64,000 nucleotides of DNA, taken from NCBI GenBank assembly GCA_964016885.1, contig OZ024745.1, forward strand, positions 89,404,001 through 89,468,000. The letters are read 5' to 3'. The position numbers and the translations under genes are program-made. This DNA comes from Eledone cirrhosa (taxonomy: Eukaryota). The notes under the pieces were generated by a model. That model did not search any database. It had not been told where the DNA came from and saw only the letters and a program-made list of their open reading frames with translations. Positions 12,201 through 25,575 of the stretch are shown here, one piece after another. Each line of letters starts with the position of its first letter. Positions within the stretch are counted from its first letter, which is position 1.

Positions 12201-13821
12201 TTGATTAAGCAGACGACTAATTTGTGATCTGAGTAGGCAACCATGTGCATTCGTGGACAACTTAACATCTCCTTGTCTAACATTTTCTTTCTCTATTGAA
12301 GAACCTATCTAAATACGATATAGATGTCCACTGTGGTGCGCCCACGTCCATTGTGGTGCAATCGCGAAATCCAGTCGATACCTATCGGCCAGTTGGAATT
12401 GGCCGATTAAAGTTTTGACGCTGTTACACCCCCCTCTACAGGGACATGCTCCTACATAGTCCCATCGTGCATCAAGGATACCATTCCAGTCCCCCACTAA
12501 AAGTAAGAAGCGAGATGTTCCCAGAAAAGACTCTAGACGCTTAAATATGTCTGACCGTGATTGCGATTGCTCGGTCGGGGCATACACGACCACCAGTCTG
12601 AAGGCTCCACCGCCAATATTGTTCACGTCTAAGACTACCAGTCTACCCTCCATGTCCAAGTGTACTTGCTGTACTTCGACGTCCAGGTTCTTCCGAAACA
12701 TGACAGCCACTCCCCCTCCAACTGCTGACTGACAGCGAGATGCGTAGATCTCAAAGTCGTCGAAGATGTGGATTAGTTGCTGCCTGTTGTGGATCCTGGA
12801 CACGGTGATGGCTATCACATCCATACCGTGTTACCTAATGTCGTTTAAAAGTTGGCCCTATTTCCAGGGCATCCCTAGGCCACGCACATTCACGCTTGCA
12901 ACTCGTAAACTAGCCATGTTGGTGAAGAAAAGTTGCAGAAAAAGGACGAAAAGGTGCACTCACCTTTTCGTTCCCTGGAGATCGGGTTTTTCAATCTCCA
13001 TTTGGGTGCTGGATGGGCTGTTGGGAGGGGTGGGGAAACATTTTAATAGGACGCGGTTGATGGGTTTCTGGCAGGGGTTGCCCACGTCCTGCAAAAATTT
13101 ATTTTTCAGGTCACTATAGGTCTCCATAGAGACCCTTATAAGTTTAAGGTGTGGGGACGATTCTGCTTTGACGAAAGTTTTGCCCTCCGTCTCCACCTTG
13201 GGGTTTTGGGAGATGACCTCCATCAAACTCTTGTTGTTTGTGTTGATGTATGCGTATTGTTGTTTGTGTTTTTGTTGTGTTGTTTTAGTTTGTTGTTCGT
13301 CCGGGAGTTTTCTTTTTATGGTGGATGCTTGTGATTGGGGTGGTGTTGGTGTTGGTTTTGCTGGTAAGGGGATGTTTGACTGTGGTGTTGTTTGTGTTGT
13401 TGTTTGTGTCTGTGGTTGTGTGTTGGTGATTCGAGTTTTGGGGGTTTTGTGGTGTGTCTTTTTTTATTTTTAGATTTATGAAGCTCTTCTTCTTCACTTA
13501 AAGAAGGAGAAGCAATCTCATCTGTCGTGGAATAATCATCGTCAGGCGTGTGGGGTAGGGGTATGTCGTGTGGTGATGGTGTTTTGGTGTGTGTGTTTGT
13601 GGTAGTGTTTGATGGAGTAGGATGGGGTGGGGCTGTGTTCTTCAGGGGTGTTATCTGTGTTTTTTCTGTTGTTGTTGTTTGAATGGCTGTTTGTTTTGTG
13701 TGTTTGCTCGTTTCGTCTGTTGTTGTACTTGTGATGGTGGTTGTTTTGGTGTTTGTGTTGGGATAGTGATTTTTAATGATGTTGTGGTGTGTTTGTGAAC
13801 GACAGGAGGCCTTTAGGTGTG
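9243..13821 (-). mobile_element. Tx1-type LINE copy B, 5'-truncated within the ORF1 knuckle, decayed
   Basis: Colinear with copy A: ORF2 from ~12917 to 9473 (GDWNGILD, SPGLDGLPYEFY, IRQGCPLS, CADD). 3' UTR ends GTGGCAAATAAAGAAA followed by (TCTA)n. Confidence 0.92.
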
Positions 13822-13845
13822 CTGATCTACCACTGTGATTACAAT

Positions 13846-13983
13846 ACTCTATTGTTTAGGGTCAAAACACTTGCTTGAGGAGGGTTAAGGACCGGCTGCT
13901 GCCCAGCTCTCATAATAGTTTCTTACTTATATATATATATATATATATATGTACATGCATACATATATACGTATATATATATT

Positions 13984-14074
<91 letters not shown>

Positions 14075-14177
14075 CCATGTACATATATATATATAAGTAA
14101 GAAACTGTTATGAGATCTGGGCAGCAGCCGGTCCTTAACCCTCCTCCAGCAAGTATTTTGGCCCTAAACAATAGAGC
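13846..14177. repeat. ~85-bp inverted repeat pair around a long (TA)n tract
   Basis: 13846-13930 is the near reverse complement of 14092-14177. A related diverged end occurs at ~16365-16450, also next to (TA)n. Confidence 0.85.
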
Positions 14178-14180
14178 ATA

Positions 14181-15243
14181 AAATTAGAGTGTATAGAGGA
14201 GCCAGAACCAAATGGGAAAAATGGTAAATAATGACACAAATGGGACCTGCCCCTTGTATAGGAGCAAATTTTGGAATAGAATAGAAAGAACTAGGAATAA
14301 GGCTAATAGAATAAACTCATGGTATGATACCAATAAATACCATAGATACCAATAAATACCAATGTTCATCGATACAATCCCTAGAGGTGAATTAGCTTAC
14401 AAATTTAGAAGGGCCCTAGATAAACATAAACTCAATATTAAGATAGTAGAAATACCAGATACCTCCATAAAAACACTTATTAGCAAGGCATACCCTTTTC
14501 AATGACCCCCTTGTATACATAAGAAATGTATAACCTGTAAATTAAGCCCCCATATTAACTGTAAAACTAGAAATGTAGTGTATAGCATAAGATGTACTGA
14601 AGGACAATGTAGAGATAAGAATATAGTGTACATAGGTGAGACAATTCGTAGTGTAGGGGAACGGATAAATGAACACTGGCGAGACCTTCAAGATGGTAGA
14701 GTACAGAGGATTCTTTACTAACATGCTAAAATAGAACATAAGGGTAAATTAGAGAACATAGAAATAAAAATAGAATCTACACACAGAAAATACGCAATGT
14801 TTAGACAAATCACAGAGGCAATAAACATAAAAGAATTACAACCAAAATTAAATAGAAAACATGAGTGGAACAGCAACATCACAACTTACAATTAAAGACA
14901 AAATGAAAATACACACGCACATAGAACAAACAACCAACCAGTAACATGTAAATAAACAAATAAATAAACGAATATAAACACACACAGACACCCGGATGTG
15001 GCGCATGCGCAGACTGAGCACACAACACACACACAGAAACAAGATGGCGTAGGACAGAACAAAGGAGAGGCACAAAAACAAAGAAAAGAATCCCCAGTCA
15101 CTGAAGAGGTCACAGAATGTATGACGAAAGAACTTTGACAATATATAAACAACCATCTGCTTGTGGAACCAACCAACCAACCAGAAATTTATAAATTTAC
15201 TATAATAAATTGAAGTGAAAGCAACTGGTACGTGCGTCAGAAA

Positions 15244-15246
<3 letters not shown>
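14181..15246 (+). mobile_element. 5'-truncated Penelope-like element (GIY-YIG region + pLTR), tail-to-tail with 17405-20889
   Basis: Near reverse complement of ~17440-18497. Encodes decayed NVVYSIRC...YIGET. Confidence 0.88.
15097..15139 (+). ncRNA. Minimal type I hammerhead motif in the Penelope pLTR
   Basis: GTCA-CTGAAGA-GGTCA...TGAC-GAAA-GAAC-TT-TGAC. The sister copy at 17550-17592 (-) has stem II GGTCAC/GTGACC but has lost G12. Confidence 0.7.
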
Positions 15247-15281
<35 letters not shown>

Positions 15282-15419
15282 TTTCTGAATTTGTTTAGCA
15301 AGATTCTTTATCTGAAAACGTGTGTTGAAACCGATATTGGTATACTTTGGGAGGGTCATGTTGCCAATAAGAAACACACGCACCAGTCGCTTTCACTTCA
15401 ATTTATTATAATAAATTTT

Positions 15420-15452
<33 letters not shown>

Positions 15453-15455
<3 letters not shown>

Positions 15456-16248
15456 GAGAAAAATACTGCAGGTAGCACATGGTAACATGTAATAAAATAA
15501 GTCCCTCATCAGTGATTTGCCGAAGATCATAGATATTTCATTGCATTAAAAATCATATATCTCACTTCGGTGCAATAATAACCAAAATAAGTTATATATT
15601 TTCTGTTGTTCTCCTGTCTCACTCGCTTTACGCGTTTTAATTGTCCTAATAGCTTATTTTGGTTATTATTGCACCGAAGTGAGATATATGATTTTTAATG
15701 CAATGAAATATCTATGATCTTCGGCAAATCACTGATGAGGGACTTATTTTATTACATGTTACCATGTGCTACCTGCAGTATTTTTCTCTATATTTTAATA
15801 CATATATTTACCACTGCGATTCTGTGTTTTTTTCTCTCTCTCTTACTGTTCCCCCATTCTCTCTGTTTCTCACCCTCTGTCTTGTCCGTTAACTCTTCCT
15901 CACACTTTCACTCACTCACTGTTTTTCTCCCTCTTCTCTTCATTTCATCCTGCACTCACGAACGTTGTTTTTTCTCTCTCTGCTCGATAGCCTTCGTTCG
16001 TGCTGGTACTATTCTCTAAGCGCTCATATATTCACCTAGCTTACGCTAAACAGAATAATTTTTGAAGCTTGTTTCTCCCCCACGGTATGCTATATTTTCT
16101 GTTGTTCTCCTGTCTCACTCGCTTTACGCGTTTTAATTGTCCTAATAACTTATTTTGGTTATTATTGCACCGAAGTGAGATATATGATTTTTAATGCAAT
16201 GAAATATCTATGATCTTCGGCAAATCACTGATGAGGGACTTATTTTAT

Positions 16249-16252
<4 letters not shown>
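15453..16252. repeat. Rearranged repeat fragment: ~140-bp inverted repeat plus direct repeat
   Basis: 15454-15592 is inverted relative to 15653-15790. 15594-15755 is repeated at 16091-16252. Contains GAAA and CTGATGA in permuted order. (TA)n on both sides. Confidence 0.75.
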
Positions 16253-16313
<61 letters not shown>

Positions 16314-16448
16314 GGGGGAAAGAGAGAGAGAGATTGGGAGAGACAGAGAGAGATAGAGAGAGAAGTTAAGGACCATAACACTCACTCGAGTAGAGTTTCT
16401 TCTCTGAAGACCTGATGCTGCCAAGCTCTCCTAAGAGAGCTTCTTACT

Positions 16449-16515
<67 letters not shown>

Positions 16516-17280
16516 GTGTGTGTAGGAGGTGAGTTTTATTGTAGTACAATAAAGCAATGCAGATATCGGATAATTAGAAACAATTATTACACAGCACAAT
16601 TTATTCTTACTTTATATCACCTTAAAAAAATCCTTCGTAAACATAAACATTTTTTTGACGTTAGATTATTCATCCTCAATTCATTATTTTTTTCTCCCTT
16701 TCATGCTCATCTAACTTATACATATTACACTTATTCATCCTCTCTTCTACTTCTTTCACAATATATCTTTAATTACATTACTATTGCTATATTTTTATAC
16801 TTTTTAATAATACATATTAACAATTTCTTTCCATCGCACATATTATTAAACCCTTAAATATTATTCTTAATACATATTAACAATTTCTTTTCATCGCACA
16901 TATTATTAAACCCTTAAATATACAAACCTTAATTTAACATTATTCTAAAATTTTTCTCTTCGTTAATTTTCAAATTCTTTTAATTTATACATTATCTTCC
17001 AACGGTTTTTAAATCTCTCTATGTAAAACAATATATTTTTCTCAGTTATAAAAGCTATTTCTCTCTCTCTATCACCCATCTCTCGTCCTATCTCATCCTT
17101 CCTCATTATACTCCTCCCCCTGCACTTTTTACTCTCATCTCCTCCTCTTTTTCATCCTTTCCACCCCACCCCCTCAATTTTTTCCCAATATCACACATAA
17201 ATCTAAAACTACTTTTCATATGTTGATGTAAAACTGTACTATTCACAAGTGTTTTTAACCTTCATATCATGTCTCCCTAT

Positions 17281-17345
17281 TTTATCTGACGAAAACGCAA
17301 ATGTTATTGCATGATGATATTTGTTTTTGAAATGCGCATAATGAA
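17281..17345 (+). ncRNA. Minimal type I hammerhead ribozyme motif
   Basis: TTTAT-CTGACGA, stem II including CAAATGTTAT/ATGATATTTG, GAAA, palindromic stem III ATGCGCAT, then A-ATGAA. Confidence 0.75.
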
Positions 17346-17404
17346 ATACATGGAACTCTTTTAACCATCTTTTGATCTTATATATTATATATATATATAT
17401 ATAG

Positions 17405-20400
17405 TGTTATACTTTGGGAGGGTCATGTTTCCAATAAGAAACACACGCACCAGTTGCTTTCACTTCAATTTATTATAATAAATTTATAATAAATTTATAA
17501 ATTTCCGGTTGATTGGTTGGTTCCACAACCAGATAGTTGTTTATATATTGTCATAGTTCTTTGGTCACACACTCTGTGACCTCTTCAGTGACTGGGGATT
17601 CCTTTCTTTGTTTCTGTGCCTCTCCTTTGTTCTGTCCTACGCCATTTTGTTTCTGTGTGTGTGTTGTGTCCTCAGTCTGCGCATGCGCCACATCCGGGTG
17701 TCTGTGTGCGTTTATGTTCATTTATGTATTTGTTTATTTACATGTTACTGGTTGGTTGTTTGTTCTATGTGTGTGTGTGTTTTCATTTTGTCCTTAATTG
17801 TAAGTTGTGATGTTGCTGTTCCACTCATATTTTCTATTTAATTTTGGTTGTAATTCTTTTATGTTTATTGCCTCTGTAATTTGTCTAAACATTGCGTCTT
17901 TTCTGTGTGTAGATTCTATTTTTATTTCTATGTTCTCTAATTTACCCTTGTGTTCTATTTTAGCATGTTGGTAGAGTACAGATGATCTTTACTATCTTGA
18001 AGGTCTCGCCAGTGTTCATTTATCCGTTCCCCTACACTACGAGCTGTCTCACCTATGTACACTATATTTTTGTCTCTACATTGTCCTTCGGTACATCTTA
18101 TGCTATACACTACATTTCTAGTTTTACAGTTAATATGGGGGCTTATTTTACAGGTTATACATTTCTTATGTATACATGAGGGTCTTTGAAAAGGGTATGT
18201 CTTGCTAATAAGTGTTTTTACGGAGGTACCTGGTCTTTCTACTATATTAATATTGAGTTTATGTTTATTTAGGGCCCTTCTAAATTTGTAAGCTAATTCA
18301 CCTTTAGGGGTTGTATCGATGAACATTACACTCTGGTATTTATTGCTATCATACCATGAGTTTATTCTATTAGCCTTGTTCCTAGTTCTTTCTATTCTAT
18401 TCCGAAATTTGCTCCTATACAAGGGGCATGTCCTATTTATGTCATTACTTACCATTTTTCCTCATTTGGTTCTAGCTCCTCTATACACTCTGATTTTATC
18501 TCTCTGATTGTAGCCTGAAAACTGCATACGGTGGATGAAGTGTTGTATGTGTCTCTCTAGTTCTTCAGGGTTGCACATGCGGGACACGTTTCTCATCACC
18601 CGTACCAAATCCGCAATCAGTATGTTGATTTTGGTATGGTCCAAAACGGCCGAGTTTCGGTGGATCAGATGTTTGGAAGTCATGGGTTTGGCATAATGGG
18701 AATGGAGGATTTGTTTTTTTATTATTAATGATATCTAACCAGAGCTCTGTGTCTAGTACAGGTAATCGATGGTTGGGGTGTTTACTTGGGTAGTCTATAG
18801 TAACTCTAATGCTCTGGTGGATGGAGTTAGCTATTTGCTGGATGCTTTCCATTGTGTTTTTCTCTAGTTCCTGATTGTTCTCTAGTGGGGGTGTCTTAAC
18901 TACGATGTTTATATCATCAACGTAGCGGGAGTACATTATCAGGGTTAAGGGGTCTTCTAATTGTTCTTTAAGTTTAAGTTTAAGTCGACTGTCCCACCAT
19001 ACCATGAATAAGTTAGCTATGTCGCCTGCAATGCTAACACCAATGGCTGCTCCTTCCTCTTGGGCATATGTTTTTCCATTAAATTTGAACATATGTTCCT
19101 TAAGGGTTAGTTTTATGCTGGCCCCTACCGCATGTGCAATCATTTTCTTCAGTTCATCGTGGTTTTCGGGTGACCGTATGGCTCTGGTCCACCCGTTCCA
19201 TCTATCTGCGTGGGTTTTCTTGGCCATTGAGGTAATGGTAGGTGGTCTGCCTTTTGATGGTCTTGTAGGGCACAGGTTGCTAAGGTCATATGTGTCTAGG
19301 TAATTATTACTATAGGTAAGTTTAAGTAGGAGTCCCAGCTCACTGGTATCAATCCCACGGAACTCAACATTGCTCTCACTGATCATTTCTACGCATTTCT
19401 CCACAGCAAAATCCACGTCAATAGATGGATACAGGGACACAACGTCCATACTACCTATTATGCAGTTTGTTAGGTCCCTAGATCGGTTACTCACGCCGAT
19501 TCTGCTGAGGAGGTCCTCCGTGCTGTCACATAGATCTGGGGACATTTCAATGATGGGGCGTATGATCAGGGAGAGGAAGTAGGACAGTCTGTAGTTACTA
19601 GCAATGTTAGCTCCACAGACTGGCCGTGTTGGTGGTCCCGCGACAGGGTCACTGCCCGTTTTATGGTCTTTTCGAAGTCCATACAACGCCGCCACGTCAT
19701 TTTTCCAGGCCTGGAAGTTGTTGGCAGTCCTTTTGTTGGGCTGCATTATATTCGTCCACATCACCTTATGGGCATTGAGGGCTTTTCCTCTATCCTCATG
19801 CTCCTGTGGTGTTACCTCTCTTGTGTTAGTGATGTGGGGTAGCATTGCCTGGATGTAGTTTGGCAGGCTGTCAACCGACATTCTGCCAGACTTGTCTGTT
19901 GGAAAGCATGCTATCTCTCCATTACGCGAGCGCTGCATAAGCTTACGCAAGCCATTTGCAGATTTTTCTCCCAGTTGCTGGGCCTCCATTCTATTATGCT
20001 TCTTGCTATACTGTTCTATAATATTTCTAAGTTCGGATCTAGCTATACTAAATTGTGCTTCTGTTTGTTCATCGACCTGCGACGGCAATTGCGTGCGTTT
20101 GTTAAATGGTAAAGTCGTGGCGTGGACTCGTCGCAGGTCGAACGATTTATCGGATGGATTATAAAACGTAGAGTTCCAGGCTGCTGCTTTATGTGTACTA
20201 GTGCTATTGTTATTGTTAGTAGTGTTGTTTCTATTTCTATTTCCACCAACAGCCTCATGGTTGTTTCTATGTCTCTCATAATTACTCCTGTCTCTTTCCA
20301 CTAGCTCATTGTTGTTATCTACCCTATTTTGTGTGTCTGTGTGCTCGTCTTGGTTATTTTCTTTGTCCTTAGTCTCCCTTCTCCTTTTAATCCTATTACT

Positions 20401-20887
20401 TTCCCTTATTTCTGTGATTTCTGTGCTACTGTCATTACTTGTTTTCTGTGTCTGTGTGTTTGTTAAGACTGTGGTGGTGAGAGGCATTGAATGTGTGTGT
20501 GTTGTTGTTGTTGATGTGTGCTGTTGTTGATGTGTGTTGTTGTTGTTGATGTGTGCTGTTGTTGATGTGTGTTGTTGTTGTCTCCGTGTGTGTTATTATT
20601 GTTGTGTGTGTTGTTATTGTTGTTTGTGTCTGTGTGTCTGTTGTTGTTGGGATGTGTGTTGTATATGTGTGTGCGTATATTGTTGCTTTTGTTTTTGTTT
20701 TTGTTTTTGAGGCTCCAGCGTAGTTTTGTAAATGATTTTTCTATTTCTGACAGACATCTAATCATATTTACCTTCTTGAATGTCGCAAATTTCGGTGGAA
20801 GTTGTAATGCATATAATTCATCGTTATCTATCATTGTGTTGCCTTATATATTTGTGTTGTTGTTGTTGTTGAACAAATTCAGAAACG

Positions 20888-20889
<2 letters not shown>
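17405..20889 (-). mobile_element. Penelope-like element (Neptune-like Cys-rich linker), decayed, 5' end at (TA)n
   Basis: N-terminal LQLPPKF, PTDKSGR, LYGLRKDHK, SMDVVSLYPSI, QEEGAAIG, RYVDD, LPVLD, then C-x4-C-x2-C linker and GIY-YIG NVVYSIRC...YIGET..S...R..EH. pLTR with hammerhead. Confidence 0.92.
17955..20834 (-). pseudogene. Penelope RT-GIY-YIG polyprotein, frameshifted (longest piece 640 aa, 18565-20487)
   Basis: ORFs 20463-20834, 18565-20487, 18462-18683 and 17955-18455 are consecutive pieces of one protein. Confidence 0.9.
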
Positions 20890-20921
<32 letters not shown>

Positions 20922-21068
20922 TTTTTTCCGTTGTGTTGTAATATAAATATTACACACAGTAGATTATCAGCTCACGTAGAGTTTGCTCGACGGTTCCAGT
21001 TGTAGTTCCAAAAGTAATCCGGAGAAAAATAGAAAGATTTGAATGGATACAGTTTAGTTGAAAGGAAT

Positions 21069-21185
21069 TTATTGACACGTGTTTCTATAACAGTTACATA
21101 ACCTAAAACAGCTATCTACAAACTTTTAGTTATGCAGACATTCAATATTTCAATGTTATTGTTTACTGTCATTTCATCAGAATAA
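21069..21185 (-). ncRNA. Type I hammerhead motif with long stem II insert
   Basis: TTATT-CTGATGA-A-ATGACAGT...ACTGTTAT-A-GAAA-CACGTG-TC-AATAA. Palindromic stem III, GUC site. The 3' half is repeated inverted at ~21690-21785. Confidence 0.8.
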
Positions 21186-21780
21186 TATTACTGAGGACCT
21201 ATTTAGTTTTTATAGAGAATATTAGGAGGAAGGGGTGAAGTTGTTAGAAGAATAGTTGAAGGAGTGGTTTTTCGATAGCAGTGAGAATTCTTGGTGGCAG
21301 TGATTAATTAGATTCCCATCTGTTGTTTTGACATTTTTTATAGAATATATTATTGGTTATTTTTCTAAATCTATAGAAGGATTAGAGATAGTAAAGATAT
21401 GCGTGGTTGGTTTTGTGTTTGCACTTAACATTCAGACTTAAATTTTTCTTTCAAGTGTACGTATTCTTTCACCCACGCATTCACACACAAATATATTTGC
21501 ACACCTCTACAAAATACATATACTCACAATTCACATATTCATACTTACATATATATACACATGCATACACATATATATACACACATGTATTCATGTACAT
21601 ACATACGCGCTCATGTGTATACATTTTCATACTCAACTTATCTTTATATATACACACGTATAGACACACACATATATACATACATACTCTAGTTTGTAGA
21701 TAGCTGTTTTAGGTTATGTAACTGTTATAGAAACACGTGTCAATAAATTCCTTTCAACTAAACTGTATCCATTCAAATCT

Positions 21781-21811
<31 letters not shown>

Positions 21812-21818
<7 letters not shown>

Positions 21819-22684
21819 TCAAGTTATCAATAATGTAGTGATAATATATCGTCACGTTAGAAATGAACAGCGTACGTGTGGGTTTGCTCAGCGAGTATAA
21901 ATTATATTCCGGAGAAAATGTAGAAAAGATGAATATAAAATGAAAGTGCTTTTATAAATGAATTTATTAGGTATTGACATATGCTTCTGTAACAGACGGA
22001 ATACCTATGTATCGCTGCTTGCGTAATCATATAGTGTTAGCAAGTATTCGATAGCAAATGTATAATCAGTTGTCACTTCTTCAGAGATATTGGATAAATT
22101 GGAAAAAATCAGAAAAATTAATGTATTTATATTAGTTGTAAGAAAGGAAGAAAGAAGGGATAGTATATGACAGATGGCAATTCAATTTGCTGGTGAAAAA
22201 GTATATAGAAAGTTTTTAATGAGAATACAATGAGTATATGGCTTATTTTATCTAAATAAGAATTTTTGGAAGTGCCTATTTTAATCTATATTTGACCTAT
22301 TGAACAATGGACAGGGCTGGTCGTTTGGTGTAGTAGTATTAATACAGATATAAAGTGTCTATTAAGGAAGAGGGAGATTTATTATAATTATTGACCAACC
22401 AATCAAATTACTTCTCGAAAAATCTGGCATTTCGAGCCACTTTTTCCATATAAAACAAGTAACATTCAGAGACCAACCAGATGTGAGAAAAACCGCAGAC
22501 CCTCCATCTCAACCCTACTTTTGAAAAGCAGAAGAACTGCGAAACCGGTAAAGGAACCAAATAAATATATATATATTTTTTAAAATAAGACTCCAGTTGC
22601 ATTTTCGATTTCATCTTTTTTTCTTTATACTTTCACTCGTGTAGGACACCTCGGTTATTTTTCATTTTGTAAAAGAAACCTCAC

Positions 22685-22753
<69 letters not shown>

Positions 22754-22755
22754 TT

Positions 22756-22787
<32 letters not shown>

Positions 22788-23066
22788 AAAATTTCAGGTT
22801 ATCAATAATGTAGTTATAATATATCGTCACGTTAGAGATGAACAGCGTACGTGTAGGTTTGCTCAACGAGTATAAATTATATTCCGGAGAAAATGTAGAA
22901 AAGATGAATATAAAATGAAAGTGCTTTTATAAAAGAATTTATTAGGTATTGACATATGTTTCTGTAACAGACGGATAACCTATGTATCGCTGCTTGCGTA
23001 ATCATATAATGTCAGCAAGTATTCGATTGCAAATGTATAATCAGTTGTCACTTCTTCAGAGATATA
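21812..23066 (-). mobile_element. Two inverted pLTR copies of the Penelope element at 23067-25440
   Basis: ~21920-22365 and ~22896-23065 are reverse complements of the element 3' region (~24995-25435). Each starts at a (TA)n tract and carries the hammerhead motif. Confidence 0.85.
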
Positions 23067-24735
23067 CTAAAATTAGACTTATATGCCCCTCTAAATCTGA
23101 TACAGGCAAAATTAGCAAATATATACTAGACAGAATTATCCCCCAAGTTAAGGCTAAAGTAGATATTACACTATGGGGTAACAGCCATGAGGCAATAAGA
23201 TGGTTTAATAGCATTACTGATAAGAAAGAATCAAAATTATTCAGTTCGATATTGATGAATATTATTCCTCAATTTCACCTGATACTCTGCATGAAGCTCT
23301 TTCGTTCGCTAAGGCTAATTCCGACCTTAAGGATGCTGAAATTAATATTATTATGGAAGCGAGGAAAGCTATTGTTAAATTTGATGATAGCTACTGGGTT
23401 CGCAAAGATAGACCTTCTAATTTTGATATTACTATGGGTTCCAATGATTCGGCGGAAGTAACTGATCTTGTGGGAATTTATATCACCCACAGACTACAAG
23501 GAAAATTCAAGGATCTCCACGGTGGAATCTACCGTGACGATGCGCTCCTATTAGTTAAGCATATTAATAACCAGAATTTAGAAAGGATGCGTAAACATAT
23601 CAGAAAGCTTTTTAAGGAACTAGGATTAAATATTACATTTGAATATAACCTCAAAGAGGTTAATTTCCTTGATGTTACTTTGAATCTCAATACAGAAACG
23701 ATTAAACCGTTTCATAAACTAAATGAGAACCTTAAATATGTAAATACGGGTTCTATCCATCCACCCTCTATAATTAAATCCATCCCTAGAAATATTGCCC
23801 TTAGAATCTCCCGCCTGTCGTCCAACCAGCAAACCTTCAAAGAACATGCCGAATATTATGATGATGCACTTAGGAAGGCTGGACACCTAGATAATATAGA
23901 GTATATAGTCGACGATCACCAAAACACCCAAAATAAATCTCATAGAGGTAGAAATAGCACAGAATCACCACCATACATACACTACCGAAATAGACACACT
24001 AATAGTCGCACACCACCAAACAGAAGGCGATGTAAAGAGTATATATGGTACAACCCGGTCTATAACAACTCTATTAAAACAAATCTACCCTCACAATTCT
24101 TTCGATTAGTTAAAAAACACTTTCCAACATCACATAAATATAATAAAATCTTAAACCCTAACACTATTCGACTTTCATATTCAACCGCCCCTAATATTGA
24201 ACAACATATAAAAAAGCTTAACGGTTGTATAAACGCCTTCCAACACATAACAATACACGTAAAACATCGGCTATAACATCACAAAACAACAAACAACATC
24301 CCGTCCTACCTAAGCAACCTCATCAACCCATCCATGCCAATACAACAACGCAAAATTATAACTGTAACTGTGTCCAACCAGGAATGTGTCCGTTGAACAA
24401 TCAGTGTCTTGAACGCAACATCATATACAAATGTACTATCGAATCGGATAGCCAGAAGTGGTATTATGTGGGGTCTACAGTCACCTCCTTCAAATCTCGC
24501 CTTTATAGACATCGTTACTCGATAAAACATGAAAACCAGCGTTATGTAACAACACTCGCAGACAAGGCTTGGCAGCTGCGCGAAAATAACCAACAATTTA
24601 ACCTAAAATGAGATATAATAGCGTCTGCCCCTACATATCCCACGGACAGGAATTTTGTAAATTGTGTAATATGGAATTATTTTGTATTATGAAATCCTAA
24701 AATATTTTATTAAATAACAGAATAGAGCGATCGTT
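23067..24735 (+). pseudogene. Penelope RT-GIY-YIG remnant, frameshifted
   Basis: ORFs 22982-23461 (part), 23353-24276 and 24225-24611. Confidence 0.85.
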
Positions 24736-25271
24736 ATACTGTAACCATCGCTTGAAATCTACATTTTCATATTACAAACACTACCAGGATTGAACGCCTG
24801 TTTCCATATCCGTTTGATTGTCAAAATACATATTAACATTCTCTATTAGTCTTAATTCTATCAACTCTTCTATTCTTTGCCATTTAATATAAACTGCTAT
24901 AGATAAATGAGATTTCTTAATTCAATTCCCTAATGCATATACCAGCAGGCTACCAGCATTGTTGTTATTCAGTAGCAGTGAAAACCGCCCTCTTCCTTAA
25001 TTGACACTTTATATATATTAATACTACTACAGCAAACGACCAGCCCTGTCCATTATTCAATTGATCAAGTATAGATTAAAATAGGCACTCCCAAAAATTC
25101 TTATTTAGATAAAATAAACCATATACTCATTGTATTCTCATTAGAAATCTTTTATATACTTGTTTACCAGTTAATTGAATTGCCATCTGTCATATACTAT
25201 CCCCTCTCTTCTTCCCTTCTTAAAACTAATATAAATACTTCAATTTTTCTGATTTTTTCCAATTTATCCAA

Positions 25272-25390
25272 TATCTCTGAAGAAGTGACAACTGATTATA
25301 CATTTGCTATCGAATACTTGCTAACATTATATGATTACGCAAGCAGCGATACATAGGTATTCCGTCTGTTACAGAAACATATGTCAATAC
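25272..25390 (+). ncRNA. Type I hammerhead motif in the pLTR
   Basis: CTGAAGA-A-GTGACA...TGTTAC-A-GAAA-CATATG-TC. Palindromic stem III, weak stem I. Present in three copies. Confidence 0.7.
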
Positions 25391-25482
25391 CTAATAAATT
25401 CCTTTATAAAAGCACTTTCATTTTATATTCATCTTTTATATATATATATATATATAGAAAAGATGAATATAAAATGAAGGTG

Positions 25483-25575
<93 letters not shown>

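Larger units (their letters stand above)
23067..25440 (+). mobile_element. Penelope-like element (Nematis-like), 5'-truncated, decayed
   Basis: RT motifs ITMGS, GIYRDD, VNFLDV, HPPSI, IWYNP. Linker CNC..CPL..CL. GIY-YIG NIIYKC...YVGST..FK.R. Inverted pLTR upstream. Confidence 0.9.

Noticed and set aside
3491-13473. Plus-strand ORFs recurring in each LINE copy (e.g. MADAIKVFAT...)
   Set aside because: Antisense shadows of the GC-rich ORF1 and ORF2. Recurrence reflects element homology.
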